From Myxococcota bacterium (GTDB lineage Bacteria > Myxococcota_A > UBA9160 > SZUA-336): a stretch of 64,000 nucleotides of DNA. The position numbers and the translations under genes are program-made. Below are positions 18,704-27,675 of this stretch, one piece after another (the stretch's first letter is position 1; each line of letters opens with the position of its first letter). The DNA is taken from contig CBDFGR010000003.1 of NCBI GenBank assembly GCA_965247115.1, positions 1,728,001 through 1,792,000 on the forward strand. The letters are read 5' to 3'. The notes under the pieces are model-generated. The model did not search any database. It saw nothing but the letters and a program-made list of their open reading frames with translations, and was not told where the DNA came from.

Positions 18704-21329
18704 TCGCGTTGTCCTCTGACTTGTTCCGATTTCCTGGCAACGGGAGGATCTTCATCAGCTGCCCGACGGTCCCTTTGATCGCTCCCCTGAGCACGCCGAA
18801 GGCTGTCTGCAGTGCCCGTGGTGCCAGGATCGTTGCCTTGGGCTCGCTCCACGGACCGGAGATGCGGAAATACGTGGCGAGCAGGTTCTTGTCCGGGCCG
18901 AGCACGATATCGCGCACGACCGGGACCGCACCGAGCAGCTTGTCGAGGTTATGCAGGAAGAGCACTGCGACCACCATGTCGGTGTAGAACTCCTCCGTAC
19001 TCAGGTCGACCTCTCCCGAAGCCAGAATTCGCAGCTCGGGTCCCACCAGCTTGAAGTCGGCGAGCTGCAGCCTGCCCGAGTTGATGCTGACGATGGTATC
19101 GATCGTGTCGTAAGGCAGATCGCGCCCGAGCAGCCCTCGCACCCCGCGTAAAGAGGGCAGGCGCGCCAGTACCAGTGCGGCCGGCAGGTTGCCCACGCTT
19201 CCGTCTTCCAGCTGGATGCTGAGCTCGATGTCCGCCGTGTCGATGAAGCGCCGATCTTCTCGGAGGGCGCCAGCCAGGCGTCCGGCGCCCGCGAGCCTAC
19301 CGGTGAGGCTCCCTTCCGGGAGCCCCAGGTGAGGCTCCAGCCCAGTGGCGTTGCCCCCGTCGAGCTCCAGGTCGAACTCGAAGGCCGCTTGCTCCTCCTC
19401 TGCAAGAGAAAGCCCGCCGCTCCCCGATGTGTTGCCCTCGAGCAACGTCCCGCGCAGGTTGGTGGCACGGACCTCTGCGCCATGGACGCGGACCGTCCCG
19501 CGCAGGTCCGAGACCTGCCACTCGTCGAAGTAGAACTCGTCGGTCTCGAAGCGAGCGCTAAGCCACTCTCGGGGTGGGGTCGGGCGAGTCTCGACCTCGT
19601 GGTCCAGATACGTGATCTGCGCGTCCAGCGCGGCTGCGCCGGGATCCCACACGAGCGCCACCTCCGCCGGTGCTCCGCCGAAGATGCCCACGGTCTTCTC
19701 CAGGACGAGGGTGCGGCCGGGAAAGCGGAGCAGCCCGGTTGCTCCGCGCAGGGGGAACACGAAGGACGGGTAGTGGAGCTCGAGATCTTCGAAGCGGATC
19801 CGTGTCTCCGCCCGCTCCGGAGCTCCCGGTGCGCGGAGCGAACGAACCGCGGCATCGAGTCCCGGAATCGGCGTACCCGGTCCGCGCGGTGTGCGCCGCT
19901 CCTCAGCGGGAAGCCGTACCAGGCGGTGCATCCCGTCGACGGTGAGGTCGATCTGAGGCAGGTGGGTCCCTTCCCGCATCATGCGCAGCTCCCTCACCTC
20001 GAGGGTATTTCCGAGGATGCTGACGTCCCCGGAAATCTGCTCGAGCGGCGCGCTGCCAGGATTGGGAGTGTAGACACCGCCTTCCGCGCGAAGCTGGATG
20101 ACGAGCTCCTGCGGATCGATGCGATCTCTGAAGGCGAGGACGTCAGCGAGACGGTCGAGCGGTGTGTCCACGCGGATGGAGATATTCTCGACCCGGCCGG
20201 CTCCGACTCGCTCCGCGATACGCTTGAACGTGTCATAGCGGAGTCCGAGCAAGCGCAGCGGTTGCAAGCGTGTGGCAGACGCCGACGGCTCGAAGTCCTC
20301 GACCTCCAGGTCCGCCGAGAAATGCGCCTGCGGCCCACTCCTATAGACGACGCTGCCCTGCAGCACCAGGTCGTCGAGCTCCAGCCGCCGGAACTCGAGT
20401 GTGAGCTCGCCGCCGCTGTAGGTGGCGTCCAGGTTGATGCGGTTGTTCTCCGGGACGATCGGAGCACTCAGGTCAGGGAGCTCGAGCTCCAGCCCGCGAA
20501 AAGTGAAAGCGGCCCTGCCGTCGATGCCCTGTCGGCGCACGCCGAGCGCGATCTCGCCGTTGCCGAGACCGCGCGCCTTCACAGCTCCCAAGGGAAGCTC
20601 CGCGACATCAAGCGCCGTGAGTCCACCCTTTAGTGTGAAGTTCGTCATCTGGCCGTCGACGCGCAGATCGAAGCGAGAGATGGCGCGTCCCTCCCGACTC
20701 AGGCGACCCCGAACCTGACCGTGCATGGCGAGCCCGAACGCGCTCCGTCTGGCGGATATCGCCAGCTCGTCGACGACCAGGAGCTCACCATCCTGGCGAG
20801 CCCACTCCACGCGGCCACCGTTCAGGTCCAGGTTGAGCGAGGGGAGCTCCGGGGGCGTGAGCGTCGCCGCCTGTCCACCACCCGTTCGGATCCGCAGGGT
20901 CGGTCCCGTGATGTCCCAATCGAGCGGAACGAGCTGGCCTACAACGACGCGCGGCCAGCTCTGTTCACCACGGGCGTATTCGATCTCGAGCGTCGGAGGC
21001 TGGTCAATGCCGTCCGTTTCGTAGACGCGCAGGCCGCGGACCTCGATGCCCAGCTTCAGTCCCAGGCGCAGCTCGGCCGCGGCGACCTCAACCGGTCGCT
21101 TGAGGATGCGCGAGAGGGTGGCGGCGACGAAGTCCGCCGTCGGCGACTCCAGCTGTCGCACCGCGTGTGCCGATGCGAGTCCAAGGATCAGCAGCAGCAA
21201 CAGCAGTGAAGCGAGCGCGAGAGCGCGCCGTCTGCGCCTCACTTGCAGGAAACCGGCGGGTTCATGTTGGTGAAAGACCTTCGCAAATCGTGCGTGCCTC
21301 TGCCGTGGTCCTGACGATGTGACGGGCAT
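18657..21329 (-). CDS. AsmA-like / YhdP-like envelope protein
   Basis: N-terminal TM helix, long beta-rich body, AsmA_2-like end (LPYDTI..G-VDL..VPVV..ILG..F-ISGPW-EP). Confidence 0.7.
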   Translation of the reverse strand: MPVTSSGPRQRHARFAKVFHQHEPAGFLQVRRRRRALALASLLLLLLILGLASAHAVRQLESPTADFVAATLSRILKRPVEVAAAELRLGLKLGIEVRGLRVYETDGIDQPPTLEIEYARGEQSWPRVVVGQLVPLDWDITGPTLRIRTGGGQAATLTPPELPSLNLDLNGGRVEWARQDGELLVVDELAISARRSAFGLAMHGQVRGRLSREGRAISRFDLRVDGQMTNFTLKGGLTALDVAELPLGAVKARGLGNGEIALGVRRQGIDGRAAFTFRGLELELPDLSAPIVPENNRINLDATYSGGELTLEFRRLELDDLVLQGSVVYRSGPQAHFSADLEVEDFEPSASATRLQPLRLLGLRYDTFKRIAERVGAGRVENISIRVDTPLDRLADVLAFRDRIDPQELVIQLRAEGGVYTPNPGSAPLEQISGDVSILGNTLEVRELRMMREGTHLPQIDLTVDGMHRLVRLPAEERRTPRGPGTPIPGLDAAVRSLRAPGAPERAETRIRFEDLELHYPSFVFPLRGATGLLRFPGRTLVLEKTVGIFGGAPAEVALVWDPGAAALDAQITYLDHEVETRPTPPREWLSARFETDEFYFDEWQVSDLRGTVRVHGAEVRATNLRGTLLEGNTSGSGGLSLAEEEQAAFEFDLELDGGNATGLEPHLGLPEGSLTGRLAGAGRLAGALREDRRFIDTADIELSIQLEDGSVGNLPAALVLARLPSLRGVRGLLGRDLPYDTIDTIVSINSGRLQLADFKLVGPELRILASGEVDLSTEEFYTDMVVAVLFLHNLDKLLGAVPVVRDIVLGPDKNLLATYFRISGPWSEPKATILAPRALQTAFGVLRGAIKGTVGQLMKILPLPGNRNKSEDNASGEDNNSGSGQDQEP

Positions 21330-21438
21330 AAGCGCAGGGCCCGCCTAAAGAAACGAACCCTGGGTCCCGATCGTTCCGATGGTTACGAAACGAGGAGCGC
21401 CTAGAGGGAGGCGTCGCAGACGGGAGGAGCTCCACGGA

Positions 21439-21675
21439 ATGGAGCACGAGAACTTCGATCATGGAAGGCCCGCGGCAAGGAAGCGGAACCGGGTCCGGGA
21501 GCTGCGCGAAGACAAGCTCATGACCCAGGCTCAGCTCGCCCGCAAGGCCAAGGTGGCGCTGCGCACGATCCACTCGGTGGAGAAGGGAATGAACTGCCGG
21601 ATGGACACAAAGCGCAAGATCCTGCTCGCGTTGGGGATGCGCTTCGAAGACAAAGACCAGGTGTTCCTCGATTGA
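21439..21675 (+). CDS. Small XRE-family helix-turn-helix protein
   Basis: NRVRELRE..MTQAQLARKA-VALRTI-SVEKG; GGAGGAG upstream. Confidence 0.85.
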   Translation: MEHENFDHGRPAARKRNRVRELREDKLMTQAQLARKAKVALRTIHSVEKGMNCRMDTKRKILLALGMRFEDKDQVFLD

Positions 21676-21711
21676 GCTCGTAGGCGGCCTCGAGCTGCAC
21701 AGATTTCGAGA

Positions 21712-21748
21712 AAGGCGCGGCACCCAAGGATGCCGCGCCTTCTTCTTT
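21712..21748 (+). terminator. Intrinsic terminator
   Basis: AAGGCGCGGCA / TGCCGCGCCTT stem followed by CTTCTTT. Confidence 0.65.
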
Positions 21749-21772
21749 CGCGGTGACGCTGGCCGCGTTTCG

Positions 21773-21801
21773 TTGACAGTTCCTCATGCCCTCGATAGCG
21801 T
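21773..21801 (+). promoter_or_regulatory. Sigma-70 promoter of fur (probably leaderless)
   Basis: TTGACA-17 nt-TAGCGT; ATG lies 7 nt after the -10 box. Confidence 0.7.
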
Positions 21802-21808
21802 CGCTCGG

Positions 21809-22258
21809 ATGCCACGGGCTTCCGGTACGCGGGAAGAGGCTCACGGGCGTCTCACCGAGTACCTCTCCCGGCATGGTCTCAAGCACACGCGCCAGCGGGA
21901 CGCGATCCTCGACACGTTCATTGGGGCTCCGGGCCACGTCACGAGCGAGGACCTCTACGAGCGCGTGCGAGGCGAGAACCCCGAGATTGGTGCCGCAACG
22001 GTCTACCGCACGCTCAAGCTCTTCGTGGAGGCGGGTATCGCCAATGCTCACCACTTTCGCGATGGGGTCACCCTCTACGAGCACGAGGGTCGCCATCACG
22101 ATCACCTGATCTGCCTCGGCTGTGGCGAGATCGTCGAGTTCCGCCATCAGGTCGTCGAGGATGGTCTCATCGACGTGGCCGAGCAGCAGGGCTATCGGCT
22201 GACCCAGCACCGCCTCCACCTCTACGGCTACTGTCCGAGCTGCCGGGAAGCTCCTTAG
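21809..22258 (+). CDS. fur: Ferric uptake regulator family protein
   Basis: T-QR-AIL, ATVYRTL, HHDHLICLGCG, GYCPSC. Confidence 0.9.
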   Translation: MPRASGTREEAHGRLTEYLSRHGLKHTRQRDAILDTFIGAPGHVTSEDLYERVRGENPEIGAATVYRTLKLFVEAGIANAHHFRDGVTLYEHEGRHHDHLICLGCGEIVEFRHQVVEDGLIDVAEQQGYRLTQHRLHLYGYCPSCREAP

Positions 22259-22468
22259 TCTTGTGGGACCCGGCCGCGGGCGTCCGCGGCCACCCACCTC
22301 CGCTCAGGCCCGAGGCCTTCGCTGCGCGCGCCGCTCCCGCGGCGCTTGCAAGGTTGCCAAGCCCCGGAGGAGGTTGCCGGTTTTTCACGGAATTAGAACT
22401 TAGGGACGGTCCTTAATTATTACTTGTTTGGCCGAAGTCGGAACTTCTGGTCACTGAGGTGGGACTCT
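22256..22468. repeat. Composite repeat copy B (inverted relative to A)
   Basis: Starts at the fur TAG stop: TAGTCTTGTGGGACCCGG...; reverse complement of 11738-11992 minus the extra unit. Confidence 0.9.
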
Positions 22469-22524
22469 CGGCGCATTCGGTCATCTAGGCGTCGCTGCGG
22501 TCGTCTCACGCGGAATAAGTTCGG

Positions 22525-22757
22525 ATTGAGGACCGTCCCTAAGTTCGGGTTTCTTGCCTTCGTCGGCACTCAAGGACCTTTCCCAAGTTCCGGTTCGTGG
22601 GACCAACGCCCTACCTTGCTTGGCAGCCTGCAAGCGCCGCGGAATGCGGCGCGCGCAGCGAAGGGCGAAGCCCTGAGCGGAGGTGGGTGGCGCGCGACCG
22701 CTCGCGCGCCGGGTCCCACAAGGGTGGCCGCGGACGCCCGCGGCCGGGTCCCACTAG
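22525..22757. repeat. Composite repeat copy C: two 22-mers plus the long element (22629-22757) with a duplicated end
   Basis: TGCAAGCGCCGCGG..GCGCAGCGAAGG..CTGAGCGGAGGTGGGTGG..GGGTCCCAC (end present twice). Confidence 0.85.
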
Positions 22758-23374
22758 ACCCGGAGGCGGTTGTCGAGCTCGTTGGTGTCGTCCGGGCGCG
22801 GGGGGAAGCGGGCGGCGAGGATATCGCCGCACTCTCGGATTGCTTCGATCAGGCCCTGGTCGGCCCTCTTCTCGCGAATGGCGGCGAGGATGCGCTTCAC
22901 CAGAGCGTCCCACACGCCTGGCTCGACCTGCGAGTCTATGCCCCTGTCCGCCAGGATCTCCACGCGGTGCTCGAGGAGCGAGGTGTAGATCAGGATTCCG
23001 GTGCGGTCTCGCGTCTCGGTGAGCCCGTTCTCTAGGAACGCGAGGCGGGCGGCGCGATCGACGCGCTCCGCTCGAATCCGTTCCGGGATCAGGTGGCGCA
23101 GGAGCCTCCGGCTTCCCAGCAACCAGGCGCCGAGCACGAAGATCCCGACCTGCACGGGCGGCAGCCAGATCCAGGGATCCAGGTTCAGACCCAACACAAC
23201 TGCTCCCGCGACAAAGGCCAGCACTGCCGCGCCTGCCGCCCTCACGCCTGGGTAGCTATCGCTCCGGTCGACCACCATAGGAACGATCTCTCCCGACGTT
23301 CTGCTCTCAGCCTCGCGGACCGCGGCCTCCACGGCCTGGAACGCCTTCGAATCGAACAGCTCCTCGACACGCAT
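22754..23374 (-). CDS. TPM domain membrane protein
   Basis: AE-RTSGEIV, T-DRTGILIY-SLLEHRVEILADRGI, NEL-N. Confidence 0.88.
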   Translation of the reverse strand: MRVEELFDSKAFQAVEAAVREAESRTSGEIVPMVVDRSDSYPGVRAAGAAVLAFVAGAVVLGLNLDPWIWLPPVQVGIFVLGAWLLGSRRLLRHLIPERIRAERVDRAARLAFLENGLTETRDRTGILIYTSLLEHRVEILADRGIDSQVEPGVWDALVKRILAAIREKRADQGLIEAIRECGDILAARFPPRPDDTNELDNRLRV

Positions 23375-24096
23375 CACCAGCTCCCCGAGGCACCACCGCC
23401 CCCGAATCCGCCACCGCCGCCACTGAAGCCTCCTCCGAAGCCCCCGCCGCCGAACCCCCCACCGATACCCCCGCTGCGCCGACCACCCAGCATCGAGCCG
23501 GCGAGGAAGGGCCAGAAGAAGAGCCCTCGAGTGCCGAAGGCGAACAGAAAAAAGATCAGCCAGATCCAGACCGGAAGCCCTCCGCCTCCGCGACGTTCGC
23601 GGCGCGAACGCTCGGGCAGGGGCAGCACTTCCCCGCTCGCCGCTTGCATGATCGCCTGTGCACCCGTGAGGATGCCGGCTTCGAGATTTCCGGCGCGGAA
23701 CTGCGGAAGGACGTGGTCGCGGATGATGCGGAGCGCGACGGCGTCGGGCACGACGCCCTCGAGGCCATAGCCGACCTCGATCCGCACGTCTCGCTCCTGG
23801 GGCGCGATCGTGAGGATTGCGCCGTTGTCGAGTCCCTTCTGTCCGACCTTCCATGCCTCGGCAATGCGGATCGAGTACTCCTCGATCTCCAGACCCTCCA
23901 GCGATGGAGTGGTGTGCACGACGACCTGGTGACCCGTCTCCCGTTCGTAGTCGGAGAGCGTGCGCTCGAGCCCAGCGCGGCTCTGCGCGGAGAGCACCTC
24001 GGCTCGATCCAGAACGTGCGCGTCGAGCTTCGGAATCTCGAGAGCGCTTGCCTGCTGGGCGAGGAAGAAGAGTGCGGCCAGACACAGGCGGGTCAG
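23374..24096 (-). CDS. TPM domain protein (YgcG-like) with Gly-rich tail; start uncertain, possibly CTG
   Basis: W-VGQKG-DNG, RIEVGYGLEG, FSGGGGGFGGGGASGSW; signal peptide begins at the lemA stop. Confidence 0.85.
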   Translation of the reverse strand: MTRLCLAALFFLAQQASALEIPKLDAHVLDRAEVLSAQSRAGLERTLSDYERETGHQVVVHTTPSLEGLEIEEYSIRIAEAWKVGQKGLDNGAILTIAPQERDVRIEVGYGLEGVVPDAVALRIIRDHVLPQFRAGNLEAGILTGAQAIMQAASGEVLPLPERSRRERRGGGGLPVWIWLIFFLFAFGTRGLFFWPFLAGSMLGGRRSGGIGGGFGGGGFGGGFSGGGGGFGGGGASGSW

Positions 24097-24680
24097 AACT
24101 GGACCTCTGGTACCTGCTCCGCGCCGCTTCGCGCCTCGAAGGTCGGCTTGGTCTCCGCGCCGATGACACGCGCGGTCAGGTTCGAGGGGAACACCCGCAC
24201 CAGCGTGTTGTACGCGGCGACCTGCTCGATGAAGCGTCGCCGCGCCACGGCGATGCGGTTCTCGGTTCCCTCGATCTGCGCCTGGAGCTCCTGAAAGCGC
24301 GCGACGGCCTGGAGCTCCGGGTAGCGCTCGACCACCACCATGAGCCGCTGCAGCGCGCTCCCCAGCTGGCCTTGAACCTGCTGCAGGCGCTGAAAGGCCG
24401 CGGGATCCTGCAGCACGCTGGAGTCCATCTTCAGACCGGCGGCCTGCGAGCGCGCCTCGATCACCGCCGTGAGGGTCTCCTCCTCGAAGTCTGCTGCCCC
24501 CTTCACGGTGGCCACGAGGTTGGGAATCAGGTCCAAGCGGCGCTGGAACTGGTTCTCCACCTCCGCCCATCCAGCGGTCACAGCTTCATCAGCTCTCTGA
24601 AGGGCGTTGTAGCCGCAGCCGGAGAGCCCCACGACAAGCAGGACCAGCGCGAAAGCCTTTGATCTCTCTAGGGATTTCAT
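24093..24680 (-). CDS. lemA: LemA family lipoprotein
   Basis: LSGC lipobox, QRR-DLIPNLV-TVKG, E-YPEL, GTENRIAVAR. Confidence 0.93.
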   Translation of the reverse strand: MKSLERSKAFALVLLVVGLSGCGYNALQRADEAVTAGWAEVENQFQRRLDLIPNLVATVKGAADFEEETLTAVIEARSQAAGLKMDSSVLQDPAAFQRLQQVQGQLGSALQRLMVVVERYPELQAVARFQELQAQIEGTENRIAVARRRFIEQVAAYNTLVRVFPSNLTARVIGAETKPTFEARSGAEQVPEVQF

Positions 24681-24737
24681 GTCTTGATGCTAGCTCACCA
24701 GGCCTCAGAGGCGAGCGCTGGGGCCAGACGATAGTGC

Positions 24738-24768
24738 AATTGATTTTCATTCTCAGTTCGCGTAGTCT
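24738..24768 (+). promoter_or_regulatory. Fur box overlapping the -35 of the bfd promoter
   Basis: 7-1-7 TGATTTT-C-ATTCTCA (24741-24755); TTGATT-17 nt-TAGTCT. Confidence 0.7.
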
Positions 24769-24780
24769 GGCCCGACCCCG

Positions 24781-25005
24781 ATGATCATCTGCTGCTGCAA
24801 CGGCGTGACCGACCGCGAGATTCGACGCTCCGCGCTCAATGGCGCGTCGACCCTCCGCGAGCTCGCCCGTTCGTGTCGCGCCGGAACCGGCTGTGGCGGC
24901 TGCCGCCCGGCCCTCAAGGCGCTGCTCGAGGAAGCTCGGCGAGATGCGGCCGTGGCCCGCCCCGCGCCTCAACACACCCCCCAGCTGGGGCTCGCAGCCT
25001 CATAG
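24781..25005 (+). CDS. bfd: Bacterioferritin-associated [2Fe-2S] ferredoxin
   Basis: MIICCCNGVTDREI..AGTGCGGC. Confidence 0.88.
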   Translation: MIICCCNGVTDREIRRSALNGASTLRELARSCRAGTGCGGCRPALKALLEEARRDAAVARPAPQHTPQLGLAAS

Positions 25006-25026
25006 GGTGTCTCGCTGCGCGCGCCG

Positions 25027-26106
25027 CTAGCGCAGCGCTTGCGTTTCTGCCGTTCTGAGAGCTTTCTCTGCCTCGCAGAGTGCCAGCACTATGTGGTAGA
25101 CGCTGGTGGCGTTCATCCAGGGGGTGAGGGGGGCGCCATCGCGGCTGAGGTGTTCTTGCCAGCCGTGGTGGTTGGGATCAACGTAGCGGGAGAAGCAGTA
25201 GTCGAGGGCCTCGCGCAGGGGGCCGATCTCGCCGCGCACGGCGTGGGCCTTGATGCGCTCGGTTTGTGGCCACAGGCGTTTCGTAGCGACGAGTAGCGTG
25301 CCGTCGCATTCGACCTGGTCGAACACGCCGCCGTCCCCATCGATCCCGAAACGACTGGCGAAGTCGAACAGACCGCGCGCCGAGCTGCGGCCGTGGAGCA
25401 GCCAGATCCACTCGAAGTGGTGACCGGGCTCAACGATCCGGCCCTCATCGGAATCGAGCCGCTCCCAGCGCTCGTCGAAATACTCGCCGAGGCTCCCGGA
25501 CTTCTCATCGTAGAAGTGTTCGTGAAAGAGCGTCAGGAGTGGCTCCGTGTGCTCGCTCCAGCCCAGTGCAAGCAGCGCCTCGAGCATGTGCATGTGAGGG
25601 TTCTGGCGGCGCGTACCTCGCCTCACGTTCCAACCCTCGTCGGCTCCCTCAAAGAAGCCGCCATGACGGGGATCGGAAAGTCGCTGCTGCAACACCTCCC
25701 ACGTCGACTCTGCCAGACGCAGCGCCTCGGCTTCGCCGCTCGCGCGGTGGTAGTGCGCCAGCGCGAAGAGCACAAAGGCGTGCGTGTAGAGGTCCTTCGT
25801 GCGGTCCTCGGTCGTCAGGTACCAGCCACCGTGACGGGGATCGACGAAGCGCTCGCGAACGAACTCGAAGCCCCTCGTGGCAACGTCTAGCGCCCAGGGC
25901 TCTTCCAGCGCACTGAAGGCGTAGAGCTGACGCGCTTGAACGAGCAGCCGCTTCCCAGTGTCGGGCACGGGACGCAAATCGGGGCCAAGGCGATTGTGGA
26001 AGCCGCCGTTGGGGTCGACGCCGTGCTCCGCCCAGAGCGGAAGCAACTCCTCTCTGAGGTGACGCCCGATCTCGCTAGAGGAGAGCGCCTGCGTACTCGT
26101 CCTCAT
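25027..26106 (-). CDS. AGE family epimerase/isomerase (mannose-6-phosphate isomerase-like)
   Basis: VQARQLY, DLY-HAF, QNPHMH-LEA, EPGHHFEW-WLL, RLWPQTE, YHI. Confidence 0.88.
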   Translation of the reverse strand: MRTSTQALSSSEIGRHLREELLPLWAEHGVDPNGGFHNRLGPDLRPVPDTGKRLLVQARQLYAFSALEEPWALDVATRGFEFVRERFVDPRHGGWYLTTEDRTKDLYTHAFVLFALAHYHRASGEAEALRLAESTWEVLQQRLSDPRHGGFFEGADEGWNVRRGTRRQNPHMHMLEALLALGWSEHTEPLLTLFHEHFYDEKSGSLGEYFDERWERLDSDEGRIVEPGHHFEWIWLLHGRSSARGLFDFASRFGIDGDGGVFDQVECDGTLLVATKRLWPQTERIKAHAVRGEIGPLREALDYCFSRYVDPNHHGWQEHLSRDGAPLTPWMNATSVYHIVLALCEAEKALRTAETQALR

Positions 26107-26416
26107 TGAAGCCCACGATCACTGTCTTGCCCGCACGCAGCATGGGACTCCTCAGATTCCCCGTGGGACCGAGCATCGCGCTCACCACGTCCGCCCCCGC
26201 CCGGCCTCCTGGCCGGAACGTCTTCGTGGACTTGCCTTTCGCCACGATGACCCGTGTCGCGTCACGCGCGAGCTTCGCCGCCTCGCTCTTCCCGAGCTTG
26301 CGACTGGCAGGAACGATCTCCCTGGGCTCGAGCCCGTTGGCATCCAAGAACTTGGATGCTCGCCCACAGCTCGTTCACCCGTTGCGGTGGTAGTACCAGT
26401 CGACGCGCTTACCCAT
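26075..26416 (-). CDS. ArsC-like thioredoxin-fold selenoprotein (UxxC), 113 aa
   Basis: MGKRVDWYYHRNG-TGA-TSC-GRASKFL..MLGPTGNLRSPMLR-GKT-IVGF; in-frame TGA at 26375-26377; GGAG upstream. Confidence 0.85.
26340..26359 (-). promoter_or_regulatory. Candidate bacterial SECIS hairpin
   Basis: GCATCCAA-GTTC-TTGGATGC starting 15 nt after the TGA; loop begins with G. Confidence 0.65.
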
Positions 26417-26475
26417 CTCGCTCTCCCCTGGTCGTTTCGTCCGACAGGATATCAGTCTGGTCCCACAAGACTCAC

Positions 26476-27675
26476 TCAGGGCAAGAATTGCTCCGTGTTC
26501 TCCAGTTTGCGGGGCAGGTACTCGTCGATGACGTAGTTCAGGCCCCACATGGCCAAGGCCTGCTGCTCAGCGCGGACGCCCATCTTGACCAGCTGCTCCA
26601 GCGCCTTGCGCCAGCGTGGCTGGCTCTGGAAGAAGGGGTCGTTCTTGAGCGCGTCCTTGGCGCGCTTGACGTCGACGTCCTTCAGCGGGTGGGTCGGAAG
26701 CTCGTAGGTGGTGATGTCGTCCGGCGTCACGCCGAGGAAGCGCGCCTGCGGCACGCAGAAGAACTTGTTGATGTGCGCCGCAGAGCCGGAGCCCACCTTG
26801 ATCGTGCGGTAGATGTTCGCGATCCCGTAGGGATCGCAGTCGACGAAGGCGTAAACAGGCAGCTTCTGATCGTCAGTCAGCCTCCGCACGAAGCGGCGCA
26901 CGGCCCTCGTCGGCACGCCGCCCATCTCGACCAGGATACAGTTTGCGGTCTCCCAGAAGCGATGGGACTGCAGACGTTGGAACATGCCGCCGGTCTCGAT
27001 GAGCAGCACGAAATCTGCGCTCGTCTCGAACTGGAGCTGCTCGACGGACGATGGGACGGAGTAGGCGCCGGTGCCGAAGCGGGTGCAGTCGATCCGCGCG
27101 ACCTGTCCCGTGGAGTCCTCGTCGATCACCACGAGAGGGCCGGAGACGGAGCCCCCATGCTCCTCGGGGAAGAAGCGGAGCTGCTCGCGCGAGATGTTGT
27201 CAACACTGAACAGCGCCTCGATATCGTCCATCGTGGTGTCGGACTCGACCTGCTCGTCGAACTTCGCCTCTGCCCAGTTCTTGGAGATGTAGTAGGCCTC
27301 CCGCTTGGTGGCAAAATCGTTGTTCTGAACCAGGTCCTTGGATAGCGCCATCATCCGCAGGGTTTGCGCGAAGCCCTTCACCGTGTTGACCGAGAGGGTC
27401 CGCACTTTCTTCTGCTTCCCGATCTGCAGGTACCCCCTGCTCGCGCTGTAGGAGACGTTGGAGAGCGCGCGAACCGGCAGGGAGAGGTCGGGCTTGCTGC
27501 CCTTCATGATCGAGCCGTGCACGCGCGAGGCCGTTCCGGTGATCTGGTCGACCGTCTCCTTGTCGCTGGCGTGGACAAGCTGGCCGCCAGCAGCCGACGC
27601 AGCTCCCCCCCGCGCCTTCTTGCGGCTCGTCTTCTTCGCGGCCTTCTTCCGTACGGTCTTCTTCCGCGTCGCCAT
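26476..27675 (-). CDS. top6A: DNA topoisomerase VI subunit A
   Basis: ATKREAYY (catalytic Tyr region), FDEQ-ESD, IETGGMF, GGVP-R, DCDPYG TOPRIM, RAEQQAL. Confidence 0.93.
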   Translation of the reverse strand: MATRKKTVRKKAAKKTSRKKARGGAASAAGGQLVHASDKETVDQITGTASRVHGSIMKGSKPDLSLPVRALSNVSYSASRGYLQIGKQKKVRTLSVNTVKGFAQTLRMMALSKDLVQNNDFATKREAYYISKNWAEAKFDEQVESDTTMDDIEALFSVDNISREQLRFFPEEHGGSVSGPLVVIDEDSTGQVARIDCTRFGTGAYSVPSSVEQLQFETSADFVLLIETGGMFQRLQSHRFWETANCILVEMGGVPTRAVRRFVRRLTDDQKLPVYAFVDCDPYGIANIYRTIKVGSGSAAHINKFFCVPQARFLGVTPDDITTYELPTHPLKDVDVKRAKDALKNDPFFQSQPRWRKALEQLVKMGVRAEQQALAMWGLNYVIDEYLPRKLENTEQFLP

